Shown here: positions 41,104-51,542 of the stretch, piece by piece | How positions within the stretch are numbered: position 1 is the stretch's first letter | Layout: each line of letters starts with the position of its first letter | Source: Clostridiaceae bacterium | GTDB lineage: Bacteria; Bacillota; Clostridia; Saccharofermentanales; UBA5734 | Length of the DNA: 62,937 nucleotides | Assembly (NCBI GenBank): GCA_012727965.1 | Contig: JAAYFZ010000016.1 | Location: forward strand, 1-62,937 | Reading direction: 5' to 3' | Made by a program: the position numbers and the translations under genes | Notes under the pieces: generated by a model | The model's database searches: none | What the model was told of the DNA's origin: nothing | The model's input: only the letters and a program-made list of their open reading frames with translations

Positions 41104-42788
41104 GTATCGACGGCAGAAAAAGCAGATTAACAAAACAGGAGAGAGATTTAATTAGCAAAAATCCTGTGCATGAGGGTCCGAGACGAGTCGCGGCTTCATC
41201 TTCATCTGCTTCGAGCCAACATAATATGACAGCTGCAACGATTATTATGATGATCGGATTGCTGCTTAGCAAAGTATCAGGTCAACTCAGAGAAATTCTA
41301 ATAGCACCGGTACTTGGTTATGGTGTTGTTTCTGATGCCTATTTGATAGGTTTCCAGGTTCCCGATTTGTTCTACCAACTTTTGGTTGGCGGTGCGATCC
41401 AGGCAGCAATAACGCCATCTCTGTCGGCATCACTGGAAAACAGGCAGGAAAAAGAAGGTTGGCGCAGTATCAGCATCTTCATGAATGTTGCAGCTGTCGT
41501 CATGGTCCTGGCTGTGCTTATTGGTGAGCTGTTGGCTCCGTTGCTTATTGGCAGTTATACGGCAAGGCTTGACGCAGAAACGACAGCATTGGCTATAAGA
41601 GTGACACGTGCGCTTTTCCCGCAGGTGTTCTTCATGATGATGGCTGCTCTTTGCATCGGCATACTAAATGCATATCGCAAATTTTCATCAACTTCATTCG
41701 GCCCATCTGTCTACAATATCTGTGTTGTGCTTGCCATGGTTCTTCTAGGCAGCAGAACACCACAAGGAGCTGTCAGAGTTGCTTCAGGTGTTATGGCTGC
41801 AGCGGCTGTATACTTCTTCCTGCAGCTGTTCATGGCCCGCCGGGAATTCAGAAATTACTCATTGTCCTTTGATCTGCATGACAGTGGCTTCAGAAGATTG
41901 CTGCGGCTGGCTGTTCCAACTTTAATATCTGGCTCAATAGTACAGCTCAATACTATTATTCTGACAAGTTTTGCAGATCAGTTTCCAGGTGCACCTACAT
42001 CTCTGCGTCATGCAGCCACTACCTGGCAGCTGCCCTATGGAGTTTTTGTTATAGCTATTGGCAATGTCATGCTGCCGTCGCTAGCCCGCTTATACGCAGC
42101 GAGGGACCATACAGCCTGCAGAAGACTCTATGGAGGCAGTCTGCGCAAGGCGCTTTTCCTTACAGTACCTTCGGCAGCTATATTTTTACTGCTGCAGGTG
42201 GATGTTATTAGGGCGATATTTCAGTGGGGACCAAGCTACCCGGATGAGAGTGTGATGGCAACCGCGAGTGTTCTCAGCTGGTACTGTCTGGCAATGGTGG
42301 CACAAACGATCGTCTTCATTACAAATCAGGCCTTCTATGCCAGAAAAATGACTAGAATTGCTCTACTTAACGGGCTGATAACACTGGCATTGAATCCGCT
42401 TTTCTGCTACTTGCTTACGCGTGTTTTTGGCATGGGTATCAGCGGCCTGTCTCTGGCATATACACTTACAAGTATCATCAGCGCTGTCGTTTTGTATTCA
42501 ATATACAAGGTTCAATTAAGAGAAGCCGCGCCTAGGAGAATGTGGCCGTATATGATTCAAATGGTCATATGCACAGGAGCAATGATGATAACACTATTGG
42601 CGCTGCAGGTGCTGCCGATTGTGCCGCAAGGTAAAATTTTGCAGTTGATATGGCTAGCCGTCAGATCTGGTATCGGTTTCCTTGTATTCTATCTCGCGGC
42701 CTCCGTGCTGCGCATTCCAGAAACCGAACAGATCCAGGCAAAGATCGACAATGTATTAGGCAAGTTATCAACTGTTATAGGTAAATAA
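41100..42788 (+). CDS. murJ: Lipid II flippase MurJ/MviN
   Basis: The polytopic core starts LLSKVSGQLREILIAPVLGYGVVSDAY and has a MurJ-like 14-helix layout. GTG 41100 overlaps the cinA stop; the alternative start ATG 41226 would remove a 42-aa basic/Ser-rich extension. Confidence 0.85.
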   Translation: MSIDGRKSRLTKQERDLISKNPVHEGPRRVAASSSSASSQHNMTAATIIMMIGLLLSKVSGQLREILIAPVLGYGVVSDAYLIGFQVPDLFYQLLVGGAIQAAITPSLSASLENRQEKEGWRSISIFMNVAAVVMVLAVLIGELLAPLLIGSYTARLDAETTALAIRVTRALFPQVFFMMMAALCIGILNAYRKFSSTSFGPSVYNICVVLAMVLLGSRTPQGAVRVASGVMAAAAVYFFLQLFMARREFRNYSLSFDLHDSGFRRLLRLAVPTLISGSIVQLNTIILTSFADQFPGAPTSLRHAATTWQLPYGVFVIAIGNVMLPSLARLYAARDHTACRRLYGGSLRKALFLTVPSAAIFLLLQVDVIRAIFQWGPSYPDESVMATASVLSWYCLAMVAQTIVFITNQAFYARKMTRIALLNGLITLALNPLFCYLLTRVFGMGISGLSLAYTLTSIISAVVLYSIYKVQLREAAPRRMWPYMIQMVICTGAMMITLLALQVLPIVPQGKILQLIWLAVRSGIGFLVFYLAASVLRIPETEQIQAKIDNVLGKLSTVIGK

Positions 42789-42898
42789 AAAACAACAGGT
42801 TTTTATTTTCAGGCACATTTTCGGTCTTAATTGTCTGATATTGACGGCAAAAGACATATACTGTCGTAAGCTGCCTGGAAACAATTGCTTGATAGCGA

Positions 42899-42927
42899 TT
42901 GACTTTGAATTATATCAAATCTATAAT
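42899..42927 (+). promoter_or_regulatory. Sigma-A promoter of recA
   Basis: TTGACT, 17-nt spacer, TATAAT. Confidence 0.6.
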
Positions 42928-42940
42928 AGTCATTGATGAA

Positions 42941-42954
42941 CGAACGATTGTTCT
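42941..42954 (+). promoter_or_regulatory. LexA operator (Cheo box, GAAC-N4-GTTC)
   Basis: CGAACGATTGTTCT lies 14 nt downstream of the -10 hexamer and matches the Firmicute consensus CGAACRNRYGTTYC at most positions. Confidence 0.6.
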
Positions 42955-42978
42955 ATTTAGCATAACCGGGAGGTAAAT

Positions 42979-44103
42979 ATGGCCAGAGCAGGAAAAACAC
43001 CAGGTAAGTCTTCACAAGAAGTTAATCAGAAAGTGGCAGCTGACAGGACAAAAGCGCTAGATGCCGCTTTGGGTCAGATAGAGAAGCAGTTTGGCAAGGG
43101 TGCCGTTATGAAATTAGGTGAACGGGCATTAACGCAGATCGAGGCAATTCCCACAGGCGCATTATCACTAGATCTTGCTTTGGGAGTTGGCGGTGTCCCA
43201 AGAGGACGTGTTGTGGAGATTTATGGTCCTGAATCATCCGGTAAAACAACAGTTGCTCTGCATATAATTGCTGAAGCTCAGAAGAAGGGCGGTACAGCAG
43301 CATTTATTGACGCTGAACATGCTCTTGATCCTGAATATGCTTCCAAGCTTGGTGTTGATATTGATAATTTGATCGTATCACAACCTGATACTGGCGAGCA
43401 GGCTCTCGAGATTACAGAGGCACTAGTCAGAAGCGGCGCAGTTGATGTTATTGTTGTAGACTCGGTTGCCGCACTGGTACCGAAGGCTGAAATAGACGGC
43501 GAAATGGGTGATTCTCATGTTGGACTGCAGGCACGTCTTATGTCTCAGGCCTTAAGAAAACTGGCCGGCGTTATCAGTAAATCAAGTACCGTTGCTATTT
43601 TTATCAATCAGCTGCGTGAGAAGGTCGGAATTATGTTCGGTAATCCGGAAACAACGTCTGGTGGACGCGCTCTTAAGTTTTATGCTTCTATCAGAATGGA
43701 TGTTCGCCGTATAGAGACACTGCGTAATGGCACTGATGTTGTCGGTTCCAAGACCAGAGTAAAGGTAGTCAAGAATAAGGTTGCCCCGCCATTCAAAGAG
43801 GCTGAATTTGATATCATTTATGGCGAAGGAATTTCAAAAGAGGGCAGTATCATAGATATGGGCGTCAAGCTTGATATTGTTGAGAAGAGTGGTGCCTGGT
43901 TTTCCTATAATGGACAGAAAATCGGTCAGGGCAGAGATAATGCCAGGTTACATCTGAAGGCAAATCCTGAGATCTGTGATGAGATCGAGAAGAAGGTCAG
44001 AGCTGCCGTTTTCAGCGATAAGCCTCTGGAAGATACAGAAAAAGCAGATATCGACAAGGATTTGAGTGATGACGATGAAGATATCCTCGGACTCGAGCTC
44101 TGA
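42979..44103 (+). CDS. recA: Recombinase RecA
   Basis: Contains [23 protein letters not shown], Walker [19 protein letters not shown], and an acidic C-terminal tail. Confidence 0.98.
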   Translation: MARAGKTPGKSSQEVNQKVAADRTKALDAALGQIEKQFGKGAVMKLGERALTQIEAIPTGALSLDLALGVGGVPRGRVVEIYGPESSGKTTVALHIIAEAQKKGGTAAFIDAEHALDPEYASKLGVDIDNLIVSQPDTGEQALEITEALVRSGAVDVIVVDSVAALVPKAEIDGEMGDSHVGLQARLMSQALRKLAGVISKSSTVAIFINQLREKVGIMFGNPETTSGGRALKFYASIRMDVRRIETLRNGTDVVGSKTRVKVVKNKVAPPFKEAEFDIIYGEGISKEGSIIDMGVKLDIVEKSGAWFSYNGQKIGQGRDNARLHLKANPEICDEIEKKVRAAVFSDKPLEDTEKADIDKDLSDDDEDILGLEL

Positions 44104-44602
44104 GTTTATCAGACAATCTGACCTGGAAGAGATGGCCAGGCAGAGAGAGATAGACAGAGTTTGTAGTGTTGCGATCAAGTATATTGGTATTTCTACCAAA
44201 TCCAGTGGCAGAATTAGAGAATACTTGAGAAAACAAGAGATTGAGTTATGGCAGATCGAAGAGGCATTACAGGATCTGCAGCGCAGAGGTTATCTGGATG
44301 ATCAGGCTGTTGCTGCAAGAATTGCTCGCCAGAGAACAGGCAGAAGAGCTGTTTCTCAGAAGGCCATGAGATACTATATGCAGGCTGCTGGTCTGCCTGA
44401 TAGTGTAATAAATGATTTTAGTGAGCAGCTGCCATCAGATTGTGAGACTGCCAGGCAAGCTCTGTTGGGCAAGTTTCCCACACCGGAAATAGCACAGAGA
44501 GCTCGAATGATACGGTTTCTTGGAAGCAGGGGTTATGGATCTGGCGTAGCAGCCAGAACTGTTGCTGAATATCTTGACAGCATACATGATAATGATGAAT
44601 AA
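44069..44602 (+). CDS. recX: Recombination regulator RecX
   Basis: Repeated three-helix pattern (...[19 protein letters not shown]...; ...RFLGSRGY...) directly after, and overlapping, recA. The exact start is uncertain (GTG 44066, ATG 44069 or ATG 44075). Confidence 0.82.
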   Translation: MTMKISSDSSSEFIRQSDLEEMARQREIDRVCSVAIKYIGISTKSSGRIREYLRKQEIELWQIEEALQDLQRRGYLDDQAVAARIARQRTGRRAVSQKAMRYYMQAAGLPDSVINDFSEQLPSDCETARQALLGKFPTPEIAQRARMIRFLGSRGYGSGVAARTVAEYLDSIHDNDE

Positions 44603-44623
44603 TTGCATAGTATCGACGCGACT

Positions 44624-44648
44624 AAGCCTGCTGTTTGACAGCAGGCTT
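44624..44648 (+). terminator. Hairpin after recX (weak terminator)
   Basis: AAGCCTGCTG-tttgac-AGCAGGCTT followed by tgtt, a short T tract. Confidence 0.4.
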
Positions 44649-44711
44649 TGTTATGAATCTGAAAGGTAAAGAATAGAAGGTAAAGAATAATTGGGAGATA
44701 GAATTAAACCA

Positions 44712-46064
44712 ATGAATAGAATGGTCAAGTCAGTTTATCTGCTTTCACTAGGATGCTCGAAGAATCTTGTAGATGCAGAGTGCATGAGCGAACTTATTCG
44801 TTTAGATCAGCATATCCTAATTAACGATCCCCAAAACGCTGATATTATTATAGTCAATACTTGCGGCTTCATTGAGTCTGCAAAAACAGAGGCAATTGAG
44901 GCAATTCTGGAAATGGCAGATTTCAAGAAGCCACATGGCAGAGCAGATTATTTGATTGTAACAGGCTGTTTATCGCAGCGATATGCAGCAGATATACTAA
45001 ATGATCTGCCTGAAGTAGATGCTGTGCTCGGCACGGCTGATTATGGCCGAATCACTGAAATGATCAATACACTCTATGCCAGTGGCTCGCGCTGTCTTGA
45101 TCTTCCAGGAACAGCTGGCAGTATCGAGCATTTATCAGTAAAGCGTAAGCCTTCTTCTGGACTTAAATACGCATATGTCAAGGTTGCAGAGGGTTGTTCC
45201 AATCGCTGCAGCTATTGTGCTATTCCCGGCATAAGAGGAGATTTCCAGTCAAGACCGCTCGAAGATATCATCGAAGAATCCAGGCATCTTAGTGAAGCTG
45301 GTTATGAGGAGCTGGTTCTTATAGCTCAGGATACAACTAGATATGGTCTAGATCTATACGGCAGGAGAGCACTGACAGAATTACTCAGAGATCTCTGCCG
45401 TCTGCCTCTTGTTAGGATGATAAGAATACTTTATGTCTATGCGGACGGCATAACAGAAGAGTTAATAGACCTAATGAAAAATGAACCCAAAATTGCTCGC
45501 TATCTTGACTTGCCGATCCAACATGCTTCAGACAAGATACTGAAGAAGATGAACAGGCATGATGATCTGGCAAGAATCAGACAGACTGTATTTTCATTGA
45601 GGCAGGCTATGCCTGACATTATTTTACGAAGTACTGTTATGGTAGGATTCCCTGGAGAAGTTGCGGAGGATTTTAAAATTCTGATTTCAGCTCTGAAGGA
45701 ACTTAGATTTGATAGACTCGGCTGTTTCGTTTTTTCAGCAGAAGAGGGGACACCCGCTTATGAATGGCGTCCTCGAGTCCGGAAAAACGTTGCTGAGGCT
45801 AGACTGTCACGTGTTATGGAGCTGCAGCAGGGCATATCTCTTGAGAAGAATAGAGAGAGAATTGGTAAGATAATACCTGTAACACTTGAAACAATCCATG
45901 AAGATGGTATATTCTACATAGGCCGCAGTTATGGAGAGGCGCCGGAAGTAGATCCGGTTATCTTAGTAGCAGCAGGCCGTGAAGATATTACAGTCGGACA
46001 GACCTGTTTAGTCAGGATACTGGATGCCGGCGAATATGAATTGACTGGAGAGACTGTAGAATGA
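44712..46064 (+). CDS. rimO: Ribosomal protein S12 methylthiotransferase RimO (MiaB-family radical SAM with TRAM domain)
   Basis: Contains SLGCSKNLVDAE, NTCGFI, the radical SAM motif EGCSNRCSYCAIP and a C-terminal TRAM domain. rimO-pgsA adjacency supports the call. Start is ATG 44712 or 44721. Confidence 0.87.
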   Translation: MNRMVKSVYLLSLGCSKNLVDAECMSELIRLDQHILINDPQNADIIIVNTCGFIESAKTEAIEAILEMADFKKPHGRADYLIVTGCLSQRYAADILNDLPEVDAVLGTADYGRITEMINTLYASGSRCLDLPGTAGSIEHLSVKRKPSSGLKYAYVKVAEGCSNRCSYCAIPGIRGDFQSRPLEDIIEESRHLSEAGYEELVLIAQDTTRYGLDLYGRRALTELLRDLCRLPLVRMIRILYVYADGITEELIDLMKNEPKIARYLDLPIQHASDKILKKMNRHDDLARIRQTVFSLRQAMPDIILRSTVMVGFPGEVAEDFKILISALKELRFDRLGCFVFSAEEGTPAYEWRPRVRKNVAEARLSRVMELQQGISLEKNRERIGKIIPVTLETIHEDGIFYIGRSYGEAPEVDPVILVAAGREDITVGQTCLVRILDAGEYELTGETVE

Positions 46065-46666
46065 ATTTACCTAATAAGCTCACAATTCTTAGAATGATCA
46101 TGATTCCTTTTGTGTTGTTGTTTATGTTGCCGATTCCTTTTATGAAGGAAACATTTGCCGGGTGGAATATATTTATTGCTGATTGGGGCATGTTTGTCGC
46201 CATGATCCTTTTTTCTTTGGCATCCTTGACGGATATGCTGGATGGGAAAATTGCCCGAAGCAGAAATATTGTAACCAATCTTGGAAAATTTCTTGATCCA
46301 ATTGCAGACAAAATGCTTGTGATATCAGTGTTAATCGCGCTTGTACAGACTGGCAGGGTTCATGCAGTTGTAACTATTATCATCATTCTCAGAGAGTTTA
46401 TGGTAACAGGCATAAGACTATTGGCATCGGATCATGGTATAGTCATAGCCGCCAGCAACATTGGCAAAGCCAAAACTGTTACTCAGATGATCGCCATTAT
46501 CTGGCTGATGTCTGAGCCAATATTGATCAAGCTATTAGGATCTGTAAACAATGCAGCAACAGCTATAACTTGGATCGGCAATATAGCTGTCCTCATAGCA
46601 GTTGTGATGACACTGGTTTCTGGTTGGGATTATCTCAAGAAGAATCTCTCATTCCTTAAGACCTGA
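46061..46666 (+). CDS. pgsA: CDP-diacylglycerol--glycerol-3-phosphate 3-phosphatidyltransferase
   Basis: NLPNKLTILRMIMIPF and the CDP-alcohol phosphatidyltransferase motif DMLDGKIARSRNIVTNLGKFLDPIADK. ATGA overlap with rimO. Confidence 0.93.
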   Translation: MNLPNKLTILRMIMIPFVLLFMLPIPFMKETFAGWNIFIADWGMFVAMILFSLASLTDMLDGKIARSRNIVTNLGKFLDPIADKMLVISVLIALVQTGRVHAVVTIIIILREFMVTGIRLLASDHGIVIAASNIGKAKTVTQMIAIIWLMSEPILIKLLGSVNNAATAITWIGNIAVLIAVVMTLVSGWDYLKKNLSFLKT

Positions 46667-46816
46667 ACAACAAAGGCCGCAAGAGAGGATTATGCTGTTC
46701 ATATAATGTTGACAGGCTTTCTCTTGACAATTCCTTGATAATCAAATAAAACTATGTTATGTCTTTTATTAAAGATAAATAAATGCAATTTTCCCACGAT
46801 GCAGGAGGTACAATTA

Positions 46817-47056
46817 ATGTCAACAGATACTATTTTTGAAAATGTCCAGAACATTCTGGTAGAACAGCTTGGTGTAGAAGCCGACGCGGTTACTATGGAT
46901 GCAAACTTCATTGATGATCTTAATGCCGATTCACTTGATATTGTTGAGCTGGTTATGGCAATGGAGCAGGAATTCGATGTTTCTATCCCTGATGAAGAAG
47001 CAGAGAGAATTAAAACAGTTGGAGATGCTGTGCGTTTTATCAAGGCAAATGCCTGA
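46817..47056 (+). CDS. acpP: Acyl carrier protein
   Basis: 79 aa with the phosphopantetheine site [23 protein letters not shown] lies 9 nt upstream. The ORF-track start at 46754 is an extension. Confidence 0.94.
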   Translation: MSTDTIFENVQNILVEQLGVEADAVTMDANFIDDLNADSLDIVELVMAMEQEFDVSIPDEEAERIKTVGDAVRFIKANA

Positions 47057-47103
47057 CAGGAGCAAATATCTGCTATAATTCAATAGTATTGTAAATAAAA
47101 CGA

Positions 47104-47127
47104 GACCGGATAAGATCTTATCCGGTC
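47104..47127 (+). terminator. Hairpin between acpP and rnc (partial terminator/processing site)
   Basis: GACCGGATAA-gatc-TTATCCGGTC: perfect 10-bp stem with a weak T tract after it. Confidence 0.4.
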
Positions 47128-47153
47128 ATAGTTTTATCAAGGAGGTCTGATTT

Positions 47154-47939
47154 ATGTTAACAATTGATGCCGCAAACAGTTCAGAGAGAAGAAATCAGCT
47201 GATGCAGTTTGGCAAGCTGATCAATTATGATTTCAAAGATATTCAGAAGCTGGATGAGGCGCTCACGCACTCAACTTATGCTTATGAACATCGCCATCAG
47301 GGCCTGACTGATAATGAGAGACTTGAGTTTCTGGGGGATGCCGTACTCGATCTCGTTATCAGTGAAGTCCTGTTTAGAAATGGTGAGGCTTATTCTGAGG
47401 GTCATATGACTAAAACCAGAGCCCTTGTAGTATGTGAGAACACCCTGGCAGATGCCGCAAGAGATATTGATCTTGGACAGGTTTTGCTTCTGGGCAGAGG
47501 TGAAGAAGCTACAGGCGGAGATGATAAATCTTCGAATTTGTCAAATGCTATGGAAGCTATTTTTGGTGCTGTCTTCCTGGATGGTGGTTTCGAGCAGGCC
47601 GCAAGAGTGATTCTGGATTTGCTTAGTGATTCGCTTGAGCAGGCGCTTAAGGGAGAAATGATTTATGATCATAAGAGCAAGCTGCTTGAACTTGTACAGT
47701 CTACAAGGGGCAACAGTACAATGCGCTTTGAGATCATCGCAGAGGAAGGGCCTGTTCATAACAGGACTTTTACCGCAGCTGTAATAGTCGACGATAACAG
47801 AATCGCTACAGGGCAGGGAAGCAGCAAAAAAGAAGCTGAGCAGCAAGCTGCCAGATCAGCTCTTAAAATTTTAAGCTGCAACAGACAAGGCTGCCAGCAA
47901 ACGAATGAACTGCAAGATGACGGAAAGGCAGAAGACTGA
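47154..47939 (+). CDS. rnc: Ribonuclease III
   Basis: Signature ERLEFLGDAVLDLVISE and a C-terminal dsRBD (GPVHNRTFTAAVIV...GQGSSKKEAEQQAARSAL). Confidence 0.94.
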   Translation: MLTIDAANSSERRNQLMQFGKLINYDFKDIQKLDEALTHSTYAYEHRHQGLTDNERLEFLGDAVLDLVISEVLFRNGEAYSEGHMTKTRALVVCENTLADAARDIDLGQVLLLGRGEEATGGDDKSSNLSNAMEAIFGAVFLDGGFEQAARVILDLLSDSLEQALKGEMIYDHKSKLLELVQSTRGNSTMRFEIIAEEGPVHNRTFTAAVIVDDNRIATGQGSSKKEAEQQAARSALKILSCNRQGCQQTNELQDDGKAED

Positions 47940-47945
47940 TTATAT

Positions 47946-49259
47946 ATGCATTTAAAATCACTGGAAATACAAGGGTTTAAGTCCTTCCCCGAGAGGACAG
48001 TTATTGAATTTCATCAGGGTGTAACAGCAATTGTCGGTCCGAACGGCAGCGGTAAATCTAATGTTACCGATGCTATTCGCTGGGTGCTTGGCGAGCAAAG
48101 CGTCAAGACGCTGCGTGGTTCGAGAATGGAAGACATTATCTTCACCGGTACACAGTCACGTAAGGCTATGAGCTTCGCAGAAGTAACAATGACCATAGAT
48201 AATCAGGATCAGAAGCTGCCATACGAGTACACTGAGATTCAGGTTACCAGAAGGCTCTATCGTTCTGGCGAGAGTGAGTATCTCCTCAACAAGACACATT
48301 GTCGACTCAAGGATATAGTTTCTCTATTTATGGATACAGGACTTGGACGTGATGGTTATTCGATTGTTGGCCAGGGAAAGGTTGATGATATTCTCAGTCA
48401 CAGATCAGAAGACAGAAGGAAGATCTTCGAGGAAGCATCTGGCATTGTCAAATTTAAGACGAGAAAAGAAGACGCTGAGAAGAAGCTCTTCAATACCGAT
48501 CAGAATCTTCTCAGAATAAACGACATCATTCAGGAATTGTCTGAGCAGATGGAGCCTCTGTCAGAGCAGGCAACAGCCGCAAAAAAATATATGAATCTGC
48601 GTGATGAGCTGAAGGAGATCGAGATCGCTTTTATACTTGATCAGGCAGATAAGCTTGCTGCACGCGGAATGGAAAGCGAGCAGGAGAAAAAATCACTGGA
48701 AGAGGAGCTCGAAAAACAACAATCTGTACTCTCTGGAATGAGAGAAGACAATAGAAAATCTATAGATGAGCTACATGAACTCGATGAGAATCTAGAAAAA
48801 CAACGAACGTCAATTAATAATGCCAGTCTGAAAGCGACTGATCTTGCCGGTGAAGCTGCTCTTAGCAGCGAACGTATATCTCAGCTTCGAGAACGTATCG
48901 GTCAGGGTCAGCAGCAAATAGAAGAATCACGTGAATCTCTGAAGCTTCTGGAAAATGATATCAGCGGCCGCCAGAAGAAGCTTGATACACTTATTAAGCA
49001 GAAGAAAATATATAGTGAGAGATTATCGCAGGCTGAAAATGATATGAAAGAGCTTCAGCAGACTCTCACTAACCAGGAAAATGAAATTGTCAGCTGGAAG
49101 AATGAGCTTGATAAGAAGCTAGAAGCAATATATGAGAATAGAAGTGAGCTTGGCCAACTAAAAGGCCAGAGAGATTTGATTGGTCAGCGTAAACGGTCAC
49201 TTAAGCTTGAACTTGCAGAACTATCAAGTGATAGAAATCGCCTGAAATTTCAAATTTAG
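47946..49259 (+). CDS. smc: Chromosome segregation protein SMC, N-terminal fragment (head Walker A plus part of the coiled-coil arm), ended by an in-frame TAG
   Basis: MHLKSLEIQGFKSFPERTVIEFHQGVTAIVGPNGSGKSNV, followed by coiled coil. TAG at 49257-49259. The reading frame continues unbroken beyond it. Confidence 0.85.
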   Translation: MHLKSLEIQGFKSFPERTVIEFHQGVTAIVGPNGSGKSNVTDAIRWVLGEQSVKTLRGSRMEDIIFTGTQSRKAMSFAEVTMTIDNQDQKLPYEYTEIQVTRRLYRSGESEYLLNKTHCRLKDIVSLFMDTGLGRDGYSIVGQGKVDDILSHRSEDRRKIFEEASGIVKFKTRKEDAEKKLFNTDQNLLRINDIIQELSEQMEPLSEQATAAKKYMNLRDELKEIEIAFILDQADKLAARGMESEQEKKSLEEELEKQQSVLSGMREDNRKSIDELHELDENLEKQRTSINNASLKATDLAGEAALSSERISQLRERIGQGQQQIEESRESLKLLENDISGRQKKLDTLIKQKKIYSERLSQAENDMKELQQTLTNQENEIVSWKNELDKKLEAIYENRSELGQLKGQRDLIGQRKRSLKLELAELSSDRNRLKFQI

Positions 49260-49337
49260 GATCTTCAGGACAAGTTTAGTGAGCTGAACCAACAATGGCA
49301 GGAAGCTTCCGAGCTCAAGGAAAAAACCGAGAAAGAA

Positions 49338-51533
49338 TTGGAAAATCAGAGACAGGAATGCCAGCGGCTGACTTCTTCGCTCGAATCTGACAGACAGGAT
49401 CAACGCAATGCTCAATATAAGCTCAAGACTCTGGAAAACATGGAAAAGAGTCATGAGGGTTATCAAGAATCAGTTAAGAGCATCATGAAGCTGGCACAAT
49501 CTGATCCTGCATATGGTAAGGGTGTCAGAGGTACTCTTGGTGAACTTATTACGGTTGAAGAAAAATTTGAGATGGCTGCAGAAACCGCTCTTGGTGCAGC
49601 TGTTCAGAATATCGTAACAGATAATGATAAAACAGCTGCTGCCCTCATTGGCTGGCTTAAACAGAATCGTGCCGGCAGAGCAACCTTTTTACCTATCGAT
49701 CAAATCAGAGGGCGACGCCTGGACAATTCGCTCGAAAAGCAGTTGTCCTCTATGCCCGGTTATCTTGGCATCGCCAGTGATATCGTCAACAAGCCTGCTG
49801 AGCTTGAGGAAATTGCAGTTTCTTTGCTGGGACGTGTTGTTTTTGTCGATAATATTGATAATGCCAGAGCTATGGCCAGGGCCTGCCGCTACTCAACCAG
49901 ACTCGTAACGCTTGAAGGTGACGTCATGAATCCCGGCGGTTCAATGACAGGAGGATATCAGCGTCATAACAGCAGCGGTCTGCTTGGCCGAAGCCGTGAT
50001 ATCAAGCGTCTTACACAATTAATTGAGGAACTTAATAAGAAAATTTCTCAGACTGAAAGTTCACTGTCAGAAGCTGATGAAAAACTGAAGCTGCTTGGCC
50101 GCACGTCTAGAGATAATGAGCAGAGAGTTACAGAACTAACGCATCAGCGAGTGCGTGACGAAGCTCAGATAACATCGCATAAGGATGAATATGAGAGGCT
50201 AACCGGCCGTTGTACGCTCATGGAACAAGAAGCTTCTCAGTTAAGTGAGCAGGATGGCTCAATCGATGAACAGCAGAAGACGCTTGAGGTTGAAATTGAA
50301 CAGCAGCTGCAAGTTATTGAGCGTCTGCGTACCGATATCGGCAATAGAGAGACAGCAAACAAAGCAGAACAGCTAAGACGCGATGATATACGAGAAGCAA
50401 TAACGGATTACAAGGTTTCTCTCAATTCAGTTGAGGAATCGCTGCTGTCAATGCAAGAAATGTCCGAGAGGATCGAGCAGGAAAAGAACTTGCACTTAGC
50501 AAGGATCGAAAAACAGCTGGCTGCCAATGAAAAAAGCGAAGCAGAAATAGAAGAGCTTAAGCTTAAGCAGTCAGAGGTGCAGAATCAGATCGGTGAATAT
50601 GAAAAACTTGTTAAAACACTTAGTAGTGAAGCAGAGAATCTAATGCGTCAACGCGAAGAAATCGAAGGCAGACAATCCGGCTATTATGATCAACTGGAAC
50701 TGGCAACTGGCCGGCTTTCTTCAATCCAGAATGAAATAACGAGGGCTGAGTCCAAGGTCTCGCGCTATGAACTGCAGTTGGATGAACTGAAAAACAGGCT
50801 CTGGGAGGAGTATGAGCTAACTATCAGCCAGTCTGATAAGTGGCGTCACCCGATCGAGAGTCAGAGCGATGCTCAGAAGAGCATTAACAGTTTGAAGAAC
50901 AGGATCAAATCACTTGGTCCGGTTAATCTGACTGCGATCGAGAGCTATGCATCCCTGCAGGAGCGCTTCGAATTCATGAGCAAACAGCGTGATGATATTG
51001 AGCAGGCCAGATACAAGCTGACGGCTGTCATAAATGAGTTGACAGATGCAATGAAGGAGCAGTTTGTTTCACACTTCCATCTCATAAACGAGAATTTCCG
51101 CCGGGTCTTCAGTGAACTCTTCGGTGGTGGTATGGCTGAACTTAATCTTGAGGACACAGATGATGTACTTGCTTGTGGTATTGAGATCAAGGCTCAGCCT
51201 CCTGGCAAAAGACTACAGAATCTAACGCTGCTGAGCGGCGGTGAACGCTGTTTGACCGCGATTGCTCTGCTCTTTGCGATTCTCAAGTTGAGACCTACGC
51301 CATTTTGTGTTTTGGATGAGGTTGAGGCAGCTCTTGATGATGCCAATGTCAGTAGATTTACAGATTATATCCGGAATTACGCCGAAGCGTCGCAGTTTAT
51401 CCTGGTTACTCATAGGAAGGGTACAATGGAAGCCGCTGACAGACTGTATGGCGTGACGATGCAGGAGAGAGGTATATCGCGAATACTCTCGATGAAGCTC
51501 TCTGATGAAATTCCGCTGCAAATAGAAATATAG
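49338..51533 (+). CDS. smc: Chromosome segregation protein SMC, C-terminal fragment (rest of the arm, hinge, return arm, Walker B/signature head); same frame as the N-terminal fragment
   Basis: Hinge block GELITVEEKFEMAAETALGAAVQNIVTD..., signature LSGGERCLTAIALLFAI and Walker B PFCVLDEVEAALD. The frame is open from 49260, and the first candidate start is TTG 49338. Confidence 0.8.
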   Translation: MENQRQECQRLTSSLESDRQDQRNAQYKLKTLENMEKSHEGYQESVKSIMKLAQSDPAYGKGVRGTLGELITVEEKFEMAAETALGAAVQNIVTDNDKTAAALIGWLKQNRAGRATFLPIDQIRGRRLDNSLEKQLSSMPGYLGIASDIVNKPAELEEIAVSLLGRVVFVDNIDNARAMARACRYSTRLVTLEGDVMNPGGSMTGGYQRHNSSGLLGRSRDIKRLTQLIEELNKKISQTESSLSEADEKLKLLGRTSRDNEQRVTELTHQRVRDEAQITSHKDEYERLTGRCTLMEQEASQLSEQDGSIDEQQKTLEVEIEQQLQVIERLRTDIGNRETANKAEQLRRDDIREAITDYKVSLNSVEESLLSMQEMSERIEQEKNLHLARIEKQLAANEKSEAEIEELKLKQSEVQNQIGEYEKLVKTLSSEAENLMRQREEIEGRQSGYYDQLELATGRLSSIQNEITRAESKVSRYELQLDELKNRLWEEYELTISQSDKWRHPIESQSDAQKSINSLKNRIKSLGPVNLTAIESYASLQERFEFMSKQRDDIEQARYKLTAVINELTDAMKEQFVSHFHLINENFRRVFSELFGGGMAELNLEDTDDVLACGIEIKAQPPGKRLQNLTLLSGGERCLTAIALLFAILKLRPTPFCVLDEVEAALDDANVSRFTDYIRNYAEASQFILVTHRKGTMEAADRLYGVTMQERGISRILSMKLSDEIPLQIEI

Positions 51534-51542
51534 GAGATAAGT

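Noticed and set aside
49257-49259. Genome-wide reassignment of TAG (for example to an amino acid) as the explanation for the in-frame stop in smc
   Set aside because: TAG is used as a genuine terminator elsewhere in the window, at 27441, 33603 (immediately followed by TGA) and 51531. Read-through at 51531 would fuse SMC in-frame to FtsY. No pyl-type context is visible.
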